Of a stretch of DNA of 20,000 nucleotides, positions 1 to 9,419 are shown one piece after another. The stretch comes from an uncultured virus (IMG/VR IMGVR_UViG_3300047160_009670) (Duplodnaviria; Heunggongvirae; Uroviricota; Caudoviricetes). The stretch lies in the IMG/VR virus record IMGVR_UViG_3300047160_009670. One strand, written 5' to 3'. The notes beneath the pieces were generated by a model that saw nothing but the letters and a program-made list of their open reading frames with translations, searched no databases and was not told where the DNA came from. Each line of letters opens with the position of its first letter. Positions within the stretch are counted from its first letter, which is position 1. Position numbers and translations under genes: made by a program.

Positions 1-638
1 TCAGTCCGACGCAAGGGAACTGCATCACGTCGATCCTGGGGGACAACTTCACGGTCAGTTGCGCGCCGGCTGCCGATAACGGGTCAACCCTGCCCCTGAA
101 CGGCGATCTGGTCGCTCCCATCCATCTATCTGGACTTGTCCCACATTTTAATATGAATTGGGTCTGGGGATGCTTCGGCGGCCGGATTCAGAACCCGGCG
201 ACGGGCGGCATACCGGATTCCTGGAACCCGGGCGGCGGCGGGCCGGGCGGTCCCTTGGTTCGCGGCGTACCCGCGGCGCCCGACAGTAGCGATGCCCCGG
301 TCGTCGGCCCGGAAATCATGCAAATCTTTTCCCCCTATACGACCCTGACCATCAACTGGGAAGTCCTGTCGATCAACAATGACCCGCCCCTGCCCCATCC
401 GGTTTCGAACGAACCGGGCTACGTCCTACTGGACTTCAAGCCGACAACCTGGGTTCCTTATATATATCCTGATATGAATTCGGCCGGATACTTGGTCCAG
501 GGGTCCTTTACCTACGCCCTGAAGTTTCCGATCGCGCCTGGCGACCCGCTGCCCATGGGGGCCAGCCCGGCTTATACCCTGGGCTGGTCGGAAGTCAAAG
601 ATACCGACTGGCTACATCTAATCATTGATGAAGGATAA
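1..638 (+). CDS. 5'-truncated hypothetical protein, probably a phage tail/virion component
   Basis: The frame of the 153..638 ORF stays open back to position 3 (SPTQGNCITSILGDNF...), so the true start is upstream of the window. It ends at TAA 6 nt before the next ATG and has the same codon usage as the operon. Function is inferred from context only. Confidence 0.7.
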   Translation, partial: SPTQGNCITSILGDNFTVSCAPAADNGSTLPLNGDLVAPIHLSGLVPHFNMNWVWGCFGGRIQNPATGGIPDSWNPGGGGPGGPLVRGVPAAPDSSDAPVVGPEIMQIFSPYTTLTINWEVLSINNDPPLPHPVSNEPGYVLLDFKPTTWVPYIYPDMNSAGYLVQGSFTYALKFPIAPGDPLPMGASPAYTLGWSEVKDTDWLHLIIDEG

Positions 639-644
639 ACGACC

Positions 645-2027
645 ATGACGGTACCCCTTACCGGGTCGCAAGGACTGTTCACGCGGCTAGGGCATATCCT
701 GGGGCGCCTGAACAACCTGAACGTCTACCTGGGTACGACCTTTCCCCCGCAGTTGGGCACGATTGACGCCGACTATGCGACGACCGATCAAAATCTGGTC
801 GGATCATTATATTCGCAAGGGTCTTCATTCCAGGCGCTAGCCGGCGGTTCCTGGCCGACCTACCTGTCGTCCCTGGCGCAGAATACCATTATCCAGATGG
901 CCGCCGACGATGGCTTGCAGCCCAATTCGACCCTTAGTCAAGCGCTTCAATATATCATTAACCAGATGAAAGGCGTGGCGACCGTCCAGCGGGCGACCGT
1001 CGGGTCGAGCGTCGTCGCGGGGGTAGCGAACGTCGGCAACCCGGTCTGGGTCATTTCGGTCAAACGCCCCGATGGCCTGTTTCAAGAAAACCTGTTCGCG
1101 GAAGCCGCCCTGGCCGCGACCGTCGCGGACGGGCAGGTCGGCGGCGGGGCGACTACGAACCGGGAACAGATTACCTTGACCGGCCTGCAAGCGGCCCCTA
1201 GCCCGCTCAACTTTTCCTGGCCGGGCGGCAGCGGGGCGGTCGTCAGCGCCATCTGCGTCGATGCCGGGACCGCGGGGGCGGGCGGTAATCAAAACTTCCT
1301 TGTCAATTCCAACTTTGAATCGTTCAATACCAATCCCAACGTTCCCGATCAATGGGTCGTCGATACCGGAACCCCCGGAACGCAAATCAAGAAAGGGACC
1401 ATAGCCTACGATGGGACCGCCAGCCTGCAATTCGCCGGGGACAATACGACCCTTACCGCGGTTCATCAGGAATTCAACAATTCGAACCTGGGGACCGTGC
1501 AGCGGCTTTTGCCATTAACGCAGTATTGCGTGAATCTATGGGTCAAGTTCGATGTGGCCCCGGCCAGCGGAACCCTGCGCTTGGCCCTGACCGATGGGTC
1601 GAATTCGGTCATCAACGATGCGCAGGGCTTGGCGAACGCGGTCACGCAAAGCATCAGTTCCATGTCTACGGCCTACACGCCCCTGAACGCGACCTTCCGT
1701 ACCCCGGCCAGCCTGCCGCCCATCCTGCGCTTGCAGCTATCCCTGACCGCGGGCCTGTCCACGGGCAGCAATCTGTATATGGACCGCCTGGCCTTCGCGC
1801 AGCCGTACCTGTTCTACCCCGGCGGGCCATACCTGTCGGTCTTTTCGGGCAGCATCCCTACCGTCAAGGGTCTGGATACCTGGGTTGTAACGTTCACGAA
1901 TAACCGAACATCTACATCAAATGGCGGGTTCCAGTTTGGAAGTCAACGACTTTTGAATATGAATACGCTTGGTTTTGTCTGGCCGTCGGCCCTGAGCCCG
2001 ACTATCAGCGATGCTTTGATCGTTTGA
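645..2027 (+). CDS. Putative virion structural protein with a CBM4/9-like (galactose-binding fold) domain, 460 aa
   Basis: NFLVNSNFE...PDQW...AYDGTASLQF...QYCVNLWVK...LYMDRL follows the typical CBM_4_9-like motif pattern. G/S/T/A-rich, no signal peptide. Confidence 0.65.
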   Translation: MTVPLTGSQGLFTRLGHILGRLNNLNVYLGTTFPPQLGTIDADYATTDQNLVGSLYSQGSSFQALAGGSWPTYLSSLAQNTIIQMAADDGLQPNSTLSQALQYIINQMKGVATVQRATVGSSVVAGVANVGNPVWVISVKRPDGLFQENLFAEAALAATVADGQVGGGATTNREQITLTGLQAAPSPLNFSWPGGSGAVVSAICVDAGTAGAGGNQNFLVNSNFESFNTNPNVPDQWVVDTGTPGTQIKKGTIAYDGTASLQFAGDNTTLTAVHQEFNNSNLGTVQRLLPLTQYCVNLWVKFDVAPASGTLRLALTDGSNSVINDAQGLANAVTQSISSMSTAYTPLNATFRTPASLPPILRLQLSLTAGLSTGSNLYMDRLAFAQPYLFYPGGPYLSVFSGSIPTVKGLDTWVVTFTNNRTSTSNGGFQFGSQRLLNMNTLGFVWPSALSPTISDALIV

Positions 2028-2051
2028 CCCGAAGGCGGCGGGCCATGTCCT

Positions 2052-4091
2052 ATGTCCATGCTGGTCGCTGGCGTGCCGGTCTTGATGCCGACGCCGCAGT
2101 TAGTTGCGCTTATAAGAAACCATATGGATGCGCGAATGGCGCATCCGTTCTACCGCCGGGCCTGGCCGGGGGCCGGGTCGGTCTGCCTGGGGTACCCGCT
2201 ACAGCATAGGCCGATCCCGCCCGTTGAAGTCGGCCGCATCTACTGGCGGGGCACGAACGCCAGCGAATTTTCCTACGGCTACTTGCTGGCCAGCGGGTCA
2301 CAAACCAGCCAGATTGCGGCGCAGGCGTTCAAGTCGTTCACGTCGTCGGGCGGCGGCGCCAGTTCCGACCTGAACCCGATAACAATTGTCATCAGGTCCG
2401 AAGGGGTACGCAGCGCTGAAACTGTAACGCTTCAAACGATGTACTTGCTGCCGCCGACGCCCTTGGCGCAGGCGCTCAAGACGGACGGATCGGCAGCGCA
2501 AGACATAAACGGGCTTTACCTGCTAACGGTAGTCGATCCCCGCTTTTACTGGTGGAACTTTCCCTGCCCCGCCCTGAACATCACGTCGTCAACGTCCTGG
2601 CAAACCGTACTTAGTAACATCAGCGCATCTTTGGGGATCAACAATCCCCCCCTGACCTGGGACGAACCGGACCCGACCTTACTGTTTCCGCATAATGCCC
2701 TGAACCAGTTGCAGGGGGAACCGATCCCGCTGGTTCTTGATACCATTCTGTATAACATTCAAGCGCGCTTGGTTGCGACGACCGACGGCAATTACCATCT
2801 GGAAGGACAGGAAACAGCGTACGCGAATCGAACCCTGGACGATGAAGGCGGGACCAAACGCAGCTACCATGCGGGCGGCAACATCATCCCCAAGGGGCCG
2901 GGCTGGGGCAACAAGAACATTCCGCCCCTGCAAGCGATCCTGCCGCAAGCGGTTGAATTCCATTTCCGGCCCAAGCTATGCCATCCATCGACTACCGACG
3001 CGCAGAACGTCACGCCCGTAACGTACATCGTCAAGGAACCGATTACCAATTTCGATGCGCAGTACATCGGCCATCCTGGGGCCAAGCTGTTCCGCGACCT
3101 GTGTACCGCGTCATTTACCGGCGGGCAGCAACAACCAGATAATTATACCCAGTTATTGGCGCTGGTTAATGGATTCGTCGAAGAATGGATTGAATGGAAC
3201 AATTCCGTATGGTATGATCGTATCTACAATGGTATTGTCAATTTCCTACCGGAAGGGTTCAACGATACCGTCGAATGGACCTACCGGCTGCGGGATTACC
3301 AGAATGCGGGCGAAGACCCGTTCCCGTCGATGGGGACGAGCGCCAGCCCCGATCCAGACAAGCGCAAAGATGAAAATGATGAATGGGGCGAATATGAAAT
3401 AACGACCCGTGCGTACACGAAAGCATACAATTGGGAACCTGAACAGCTACATCATCTGGGAACCGATTGCCAGATCGGGGCATGCGGGCCGCCCCAGCGC
3501 CGGAATCCCCAGAAAGGCGGCGCAACCCTTGTCTGCCAGACCCTGTACGAACCGGCCATCTGCGGCAACCCGGGGGCCTTGGTCAATACCGGGCTGTCGT
3601 CGTGCTGCGTCCTGGAATGCTGCAAGTCAACCAGTCAGTCATCGTCGGGCGGCGGCTGCGACCCGCGCTGCCAGATTTGCGGGGTCTTCCTGTGCCCGAT
3701 TTCCGTCATCGTCAACTGCCTGCGCGGCGGAACGCAACCTTGCTGCCCGGGCCTGGGCCTTTGCTGCGGTCCGCTCAATGATGTATACATCATGTATTGT
3801 TCCAATCCTGACGCAAACGGACATTGCGATTGCGTCAGTCATCAGACCCATGTTCCCAATACCGCGGTCATGAACTGGTCCAATTCCCTGGGCGGCTATG
3901 TCTTTACCGTGACCAATGGATGTACGACCGCAACCTTCCTGCCGGATACGACCCAGGCGCCTTGCGCTGCGGGGGTAGGATGTACTTCAACGGGGTATAT
4001 TATGATGCTGCGTACTGATCCAACAAATCCGAACGATATCTGTTTGCCCGGATGCCAGGCGGGCGTCGCGATTGCGCAGGTCAAATGCTAG
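2052..4091 (+). CDS. Putative tail-tip/baseplate-hub-like protein with a cysteine-rich C-terminus, 679 aa
   Basis: Long ORF. The N-terminal part (LYLLTVVDPRFYWW, WQTVLSNISASLG, LDTILYNIQARLV) resembles the layout of tail hub proteins (inference). The last ~207 aa contain 26 Cys. Confidence 0.55.
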   Translation: MSMLVAGVPVLMPTPQLVALIRNHMDARMAHPFYRRAWPGAGSVCLGYPLQHRPIPPVEVGRIYWRGTNASEFSYGYLLASGSQTSQIAAQAFKSFTSSGGGASSDLNPITIVIRSEGVRSAETVTLQTMYLLPPTPLAQALKTDGSAAQDINGLYLLTVVDPRFYWWNFPCPALNITSSTSWQTVLSNISASLGINNPPLTWDEPDPTLLFPHNALNQLQGEPIPLVLDTILYNIQARLVATTDGNYHLEGQETAYANRTLDDEGGTKRSYHAGGNIIPKGPGWGNKNIPPLQAILPQAVEFHFRPKLCHPSTTDAQNVTPVTYIVKEPITNFDAQYIGHPGAKLFRDLCTASFTGGQQQPDNYTQLLALVNGFVEEWIEWNNSVWYDRIYNGIVNFLPEGFNDTVEWTYRLRDYQNAGEDPFPSMGTSASPDPDKRKDENDEWGEYEITTRAYTKAYNWEPEQLHHLGTDCQIGACGPPQRRNPQKGGATLVCQTLYEPAICGNPGALVNTGLSSCCVLECCKSTSQSSSGGGCDPRCQICGVFLCPISVIVNCLRGGTQPCCPGLGLCCGPLNDVYIMYCSNPDANGHCDCVSHQTHVPNTAVMNWSNSLGGYVFTVTNGCTTATFLPDTTQAPCAAGVGCTSTGYIMMLRTDPTNPNDICLPGCQAGVAIAQVKC

Positions 4092-4096
4092 AAACC

Positions 4097-5449
4097 ATGG
4101 CCGAACCCATAGCGGAACCGCCGCCGCCCATACCGCCCTGCATCTGTACCCCGGAACAGGCTGCGGTATGGTGTCCACGTTGGCGCCGACCCATTCCCGG
4201 CGCTTTCTATGAAACATGCCGGAATACCTGCCTGGGATGCTACATCCCGGGCAAGCGCGAATCGCTGATTCGTAACTGGGGCTGGGAAGCCGAAGCCGCC
4301 GAACGCAAGGCGGCCGCCCAGTTCGAAACCCCGGGGTTCTTCGCCAAGGTCGGTCATCTGGCCCGGGCCATGGGGGGATGGGCCAAGGAACGGTTCCGGG
4401 TTACAACGGAAGCGGGCATGGCCGAACGACGGGCCATCTGCAACCCATGCGAACATCGTGATCCTATCAAGGATGAATGTAAGCTATGCGGCTGCCATCT
4501 GTCGGGTCTCATTCTGAACAAGCTGCGGGTCGCGACCGAAGCCTGCCCCGTCGGCAAATGGGGGCCTGAACCGGAAACCCCGGAATCCAAGGTCGAAGAC
4601 CTGCCCGACGATGCCGACCTGCGCATCGCCGCCCCCGACCTGCGGGGCGCGACCATGCCCCCGCGGGTTCCGGGCCTGTTTACCGCCGACATGCGGCCGG
4701 TCCTACTGACAGGCCATTTCCGGGGAACCGATGCCTGGATTCTGGGACGCGGGCCATCCCTGCGCCATATGGACCTGTCGTTCCTGAAGGAACCCGGCCG
4801 GCTGACCATCGGCCTGAACAATGTGACGGACATATTCCCATATCCAACTATCTGGCTATGCCAGGATGACCCGGAACAGTTCCCCGGCGCCCACTGGGCC
4901 AACTTCCAGACCTTCAAGCTACTGCCGGGGGAATGGGCGGACCGGCATGTCATGGGTAAGCCGGCCAGGGAATATCCATCGACCTATTTCTATGTAAGGA
5001 ACTTTCGGTTCCGGGCGCCCTATTTCGTCCACGAACCGACCTGGACCGTCGGTTGCATTGACGCGACCGTGGACAGGGATGGCAAGGTCCATCCGCCCAG
5101 CTACGATGATGCGGGCGTACATAGCGCGCGGTCGATCCTGTTCCCCGCCCTGAAAGCCTGCCTACTGTTCGGCATTAGCCGGGCCTACTTGCTTGGGGTA
5201 GATTGGCTGATGCCCCTGTCGGGCGCGCCCTACGCGGACAATGCGGGCAAGGATGACTTTGGCCGGGTCCGCAACAATGAAGCGTACATCATCAACGGCG
5301 CCCGCCTGGAACGGCTGCGCCCCCATCTCGCAGCCGCGGGGCTTATGGTCTACAACGCGACCCCCGGCAGCGCGCTGGAAGCGTTCCCCAAGATCGACTA
5401 CCGCGCCGTCGCCGGCCCGACTGGAACGGCGGCAGCCGCTTGGTTGTAG
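4097..5449 (+). CDS. Fusion protein: Cys-rich/DUF6171-like N-terminus plus Maf/DUF115 (MptE-like, sialyltransferase-like) putative glycosyltransferase domain, ~450 aa
   Basis: ERRAICxxC...CKLCGC...K...EACPVGKW is the DUF6171-type signature. WILGRGPSL...TIGLN...WLCQD...GISRAYLLGVD...VYNATPGSALEAFPKI is the DUF115/Maf-type motif series. The start is placed at ATG 4097, 5 nt after the upstream TAG; ATG 4085 is an alternative. Confidence 0.7.
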   Translation: MAEPIAEPPPPIPPCICTPEQAAVWCPRWRRPIPGAFYETCRNTCLGCYIPGKRESLIRNWGWEAEAAERKAAAQFETPGFFAKVGHLARAMGGWAKERFRVTTEAGMAERRAICNPCEHRDPIKDECKLCGCHLSGLILNKLRVATEACPVGKWGPEPETPESKVEDLPDDADLRIAAPDLRGATMPPRVPGLFTADMRPVLLTGHFRGTDAWILGRGPSLRHMDLSFLKEPGRLTIGLNNVTDIFPYPTIWLCQDDPEQFPGAHWANFQTFKLLPGEWADRHVMGKPAREYPSTYFYVRNFRFRAPYFVHEPTWTVGCIDATVDRDGKVHPPSYDDAGVHSARSILFPALKACLLFGISRAYLLGVDWLMPLSGAPYADNAGKDDFGRVRNNEAYIINGARLERLRPHLAAAGLMVYNATPGSALEAFPKIDYRAVAGPTGTAAAAWL

Positions 5450-5451
5450 CC

Positions 5452-6999
5452 ATGCTGTGCGTCCTGACCCCGACCCGCGCGCGACCCTATGCCTTTTCCC
5501 TGCTCGAACGATACCTACAGAATCAAACGTTTACCGAACCATGGCTATGGATCGTTGTCTGCGACGGCGGCATCGAAGACTACCGCTTTACCTGCGGGCA
5601 ACAAGTCTACCGCCGTACGCCCCGCATCAATGAAGGGGTTAGCCTGCCCTGCAACCTGGCCTTCGCGGAATCCATGATCCCGGAATCATGCGAACGAATC
5701 CTAGTATGTGAAGATGATGACTATTACGCCCCGGAATACCTGGCCAGCATGACGGGGCTACTGGAACAAGCCGACCTGGCGGGGGAATCCATCCATCGGC
5801 GCCTGTACTGGCCGGTAAGTCGGCGGGCGCGCATGGCGTCGAATCCCGGGGTCGCCAGTCTGTGCCAGACCGGCTTTACCCGTGCGGTCCTGCCGACCTT
5901 CCGGGCGGTCTGCCGCGACGATAGCAACTGGGCGGTCGATATCCGCCTATGGCGGGCCTGGCAGGGGTCCAAGATATTCGGCCAGGGGGGGAACCATGTC
6001 GGGATCAAGGGGATGCCCGGAACCCCGAACGCCAGCGTCAATGCCGACTGCCCCGGGCCGCCTGACCTGGGCTTGAAGACGTTCGGGGACTGGGGACTGC
6101 CCGATATCTACCTGACCCTGTACCGGAACTACACGCCCGATCTTGATGCCCTGATTGCCCCAATGTCTACCGGGGATTGCCAGCCGGCTTACCGCGGCAG
6201 GGTCGCCAAAAAGCCGTGGGACCACAAAATTACGGCAGTTATCCCCCACCTAAACACCTTATCATCTGTAAAACTTGTTATTGGCCTGCTACGTCTGCAA
6301 ACTGAACAACCTTACATATTAGTTATTGATACCGGATCGACCGCCGATCAGGTCGAAGCCCTGGAAGCCATGCGCGGGCCGGACCTGGAAATCCATTACA
6401 TCCGCGGGCATGCCTGGCGGCTGTCCAGCGAACCGGTCATGGCGGCCATGGATAGCGCGTTCGGACTGTGCCGGACCGAATTCCTGTACTGTACCCATGC
6501 CGATTGCTTCCCCCGCCGCCGGGACTTGCTGGCGTGGCTGCTAGGCCAGTGCGGGCCGGATCAGCCGGCGGTCGGCTATGAAATGTCTGAACGATCATGG
6601 ATTACAGATGAATGGAAGGGAATGCTTAGTCATACCGCGTCGATGCTGCATATGCCGACCATGCTGAAGGCCCATGTAGGCTGGCAAGCGGGCCTGTATC
6701 CCGTCCTGACCGGTAGGCCGCCCCTGCCCGACAAGGATACCGGCTGGCCCGATACCGAAACGAACATGAACCTGGCCATGCAAGCCGCCGGCATCAAGCC
6801 GCTACTACTGGGGCCGGAATGTAACTACTGCCGGCAGACCGATCAGAATATTGACCATGTTCGTTCATCGACATTGATTCATCTTTACGGCGCTGGAACG
6901 CGGGTAGACCAAGCGATGCATGCCGGCTGGCTGTTCGCCGCGATGGCGGATGCCCAGGACCGCATCGACCAATGGACAAATGACCAGATATTATCATGA
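5452..6999 (+). CDS. Tandem two-domain GT-A (GT2-like) glycosyltransferase, ~515 aa
   Basis: Domain 1: VLTPTRARP...WIVVCDG...ILVCEDDDYYAPEYL. Domain 2: ITAVIPHLNT...ILVIDTGST...EFLYCTHADCFP. ATG 5452 lies 2 nt after the upstream TAG. Confidence 0.8.
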   Translation: MLCVLTPTRARPYAFSLLERYLQNQTFTEPWLWIVVCDGGIEDYRFTCGQQVYRRTPRINEGVSLPCNLAFAESMIPESCERILVCEDDDYYAPEYLASMTGLLEQADLAGESIHRRLYWPVSRRARMASNPGVASLCQTGFTRAVLPTFRAVCRDDSNWAVDIRLWRAWQGSKIFGQGGNHVGIKGMPGTPNASVNADCPGPPDLGLKTFGDWGLPDIYLTLYRNYTPDLDALIAPMSTGDCQPAYRGRVAKKPWDHKITAVIPHLNTLSSVKLVIGLLRLQTEQPYILVIDTGSTADQVEALEAMRGPDLEIHYIRGHAWRLSSEPVMAAMDSAFGLCRTEFLYCTHADCFPRRRDLLAWLLGQCGPDQPAVGYEMSERSWITDEWKGMLSHTASMLHMPTMLKAHVGWQAGLYPVLTGRPPLPDKDTGWPDTETNMNLAMQAAGIKPLLLGPECNYCRQTDQNIDHVRSSTLIHLYGAGTRVDQAMHAGWLFAAMADAQDRIDQWTNDQILS

Positions 7000-7034
7000 T
7001 CCGTTCGGAACCTTAACCAAAGGGGATTGACGCG

Positions 7035-7544
7035 ATGTCCAATTCAGTCCTACGCGGTATGGAAACCCCGCAGCCGCCCGGCATGGTCTTCGGGACCGCG
7101 CCCGGTCCTGTGGTACCGGGGGGCGTCCTGCCCGACTGGCAGACAACCAATTCGATGGGCGTCCTGAACCCGTCGCAGTTCCAGGTAGACGTTACAGTCG
7201 GCGCGCATACCCCGACCGCAGCGCAGTTCAGCGGCGCGGAATGGTGCGTATTGCAATTCAGCGGCAATACGACAACCTACAACGTCACAACCCCATCCGC
7301 CGCCGCCATCGTCGCGGCCATTCCCGGAGCGTACGCGGGCGAAGCGTATACCTTGCGCATCGTCAATGCGAATACCAGTACCGGTACCGTCGGGCTGATC
7401 GCGGGGGCGGGCGTTACGTTCGGTTCAAACCCCGGCCCGCTGGCCATCAATGCGTTCCGGGATTACATCGTTACGCTTACAAACGTTACCGCCGGTTCCC
7501 AGGCCGTCAATATCCAGCCGGTCGGTACCGGCACGGCGCCATGA
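7035..7544 (+). CDS. Hypothetical phage virion (decoration/fibre-type) protein, 169 aa
   Basis: SD-like AAAGGGGA at 7019-7026. TTPSAAAIVAAIPGA...LRIVNAN...AGAGVTF resembles small beta-rich phage structural proteins (recall, not a search). Confidence 0.55.
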   Translation: MSNSVLRGMETPQPPGMVFGTAPGPVVPGGVLPDWQTTNSMGVLNPSQFQVDVTVGAHTPTAAQFSGAEWCVLQFSGNTTTYNVTTPSAAAIVAAIPGAYAGEAYTLRIVNANTSTGTVGLIAGAGVTFGSNPGPLAINAFRDYIVTLTNVTAGSQAVNIQPVGTGTAP

Positions 7545-7559
7545 CAAAAAGGTTTATCT

Positions 7560-9053
7560 ATGTTCATCAACGTAAACCTGCCCCCCCTGACCTACTATTC
7601 CTGCCCGCAGTTGGCCGACTGCGTCAAGCAATCCGGGGGATGGGCAACGGTTCATATGAATGCGGCGGGCGCGCCCGTCGTCGATACGACCCTGCCCGCG
7701 CCGACCATCGGCCCGGATAACTGGTGTACCGGTTTGCCCGGGTTCCCCCCGAACGGCGGGGCCATGTTCCAGGTCTTCGCGGGTCAGGGCAAGTCGCCGT
7801 CCTACCCGGCCGGAACCTATTCGGCACAGATTACCGGCATCGGCAACCTGACCATTTCCCAGACCCAGGGGTCGCCCCAGACGTTTACCGTGAGCGGTAC
7901 GCCCCTGACCGTGGACGTGCCGATCATGGCCCTGGGGTCCGGGATTCAATTTACCGTTACCGCGACCGATCCCAATAACCCGGTCCGCGTGTCCCTGACC
8001 CTGCCCAATTCGGATGGCCTGTTCTATGGCCCGTTCCTGGATGCCCTATCCCCGTTCCATTTCATCCGGTTCATGGATTGGCTATCTACAAATAACAGTA
8101 CCTTGATGGGCTGGTCGGACGTGACCCGCGAATCGGCCCGGACCTATGCCCCGCCCCCGAAATGGACCCAGACCGTTTGCGTCCCCCCCAGCGTTTGCCT
8201 GGCGCTCCTGAAACAGACCGGCAAGAATGGATGGATCAATATCCCGGAAATGGTCGATACGGGCTACAGTCAAATCCTGGCCGGCATGGCCCTGGCCGTC
8301 CTGCCCGAATCGACCCGGCTGGTCCTGGAATACAGCAACGAATGCTGGAATTCCATGTTCGGTCAATATAAATATGTCTACGGGTTTGCAGGCGCGCAGA
8401 CCCCGCCCCTGAACCTGCCCAAAGCCTACGCCATGCTGGCGAAGTCCCATTGGGACGTATGGCGCAAGGTCTGGGGCAGCGAAATGGGCCGGCTGTACCG
8501 CGCCCCCATGGGGCAACTGAACAATCCCTGGACCGTTACGCAGGCCCTGGACTGGCTGATGGCCAATGCCGATCCTGCCGACCCCAACATGGGCTTCGAA
8601 GTCATGGGGGGCGCGGTCTACTACGGGTCGCCCCCCGCGACGACCAAGACCTATACGGCCGCGACGACAACCCAGCAAATCCTGGCGGATTCCGTGGCCA
8701 ACCTGCCCGCCATGATTACCCGGTTAAATGCCTTCCTGGCCGCGCGGACAACCTACAGCGGCAAGGTCGGCCGGCGCATCCCGGTCTGGGCCTATGAAGG
8801 CGGATACGGGACCGCCAACCCCGTCGGCCTGGCAAGCCCGTGGTGGGGCGCTTATGATGCCGCCCAGGATGATCCCCAGCGCGGCGTCATTACCCAGCAA
8901 TGGGCGCAGCAATGCGATTCCGCCGGCCTGGACGCCCTTAGTCAGTACCATCTGGTCGGCCTGCCGGCCGCCGCGGGGGACTTCGGCGCGAACCGCGACT
9001 GGCATACCCAGGGACCGACCTGGCAAGCCCTGGCTGCTTATCCTCAAAAGTAA
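7560..9053 (+). CDS. Putative clan GH-A-like TIM-barrel glycoside hydrolase (candidate virion depolymerase), 497 aa
   Basis: Motifs IRFMDWLSTN (~8063), WINIP, EYSNECWN (~8328; NE acid/base) and AYEGG (~8790; candidate nucleophile). N-terminal beta-rich segment, no signal peptide. Confidence 0.65.
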   Translation: MFINVNLPPLTYYSCPQLADCVKQSGGWATVHMNAAGAPVVDTTLPAPTIGPDNWCTGLPGFPPNGGAMFQVFAGQGKSPSYPAGTYSAQITGIGNLTISQTQGSPQTFTVSGTPLTVDVPIMALGSGIQFTVTATDPNNPVRVSLTLPNSDGLFYGPFLDALSPFHFIRFMDWLSTNNSTLMGWSDVTRESARTYAPPPKWTQTVCVPPSVCLALLKQTGKNGWINIPEMVDTGYSQILAGMALAVLPESTRLVLEYSNECWNSMFGQYKYVYGFAGAQTPPLNLPKAYAMLAKSHWDVWRKVWGSEMGRLYRAPMGQLNNPWTVTQALDWLMANADPADPNMGFEVMGGAVYYGSPPATTKTYTAATTTQQILADSVANLPAMITRLNAFLAARTTYSGKVGRRIPVWAYEGGYGTANPVGLASPWWGAYDAAQDDPQRGVITQQWAQQCDSAGLDALSQYHLVGLPAAAGDFGANRDWHTQGPTWQALAAYPQK

Positions 9054-9063
9054 AGATATAACG

Positions 9064-9414
9064 ATGCCAGATGGAGATGCCGAACTGGACGCCATGGGCG
9101 CCGAGCTAGACGCGGCCTTCGCGGATGACCCGGAAGTAACGCCGCTGGCCCTGAACCCGACCCCGATGCCTACGGCGCCGATCCGTTGCCGCGGGGCTGC
9201 GGGGGTCATCTATTTCAAGGTCGGACCGGAAGAAATGTCGTTCTATTACAATGTATTTGTAGATATTGTGTTGCAGAATACGGTACCGCCGCACTGGCTG
9301 GTCTGGGAAGCCGCCAAGATCGTAGCCGGGGGCGGCGCAGCGGTCGATCTGAATAACCCGTCTACCGTCGTCGCCTACCTGGACGGCAAGACGGCGACCG
9401 GTACCAAGGCGTAG
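9064..9414 (+). CDS. Hypothetical protein, ~116 aa, acidic N-terminus
   Basis: ATG 10 nt after the upstream TAA fills the gap exactly. The ORF-track start at 8728 overlaps the previous gene and is rejected. Confidence 0.7.
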   Translation: MPDGDAELDAMGAELDAAFADDPEVTPLALNPTPMPTAPIRCRGAAGVIYFKVGPEEMSFYYNVFVDIVLQNTVPPHWLVWEAAKIVAGGGAAVDLNNPSTVVAYLDGKTATGTKA

Positions 9415-9419
9415 GCGTC

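Noticed and set aside
4052..4096. Possible frameshift fusion or extended start linking the Cys-rich gene to the next gene
   Set aside because: The downstream frame is open over the overlap but I see no slippery heptamer; an ACCATG start 5 nt after the stop is simpler.
4097..6999. Host LPS/capsule biosynthesis locus
   Set aside because: No flippase, polymerase, transporter or nucleotide-sugar pathway genes; the GTs are tightly coupled to virion-type genes and share their sequence signature.
8728..9063. ORF-track N-terminal extensions (8728, also 14456 and 5440)
   Set aside because: They overlap upstream genes; downstream ATGs at 9064, 14534 and 5452 fit operon spacing and RBS position better.
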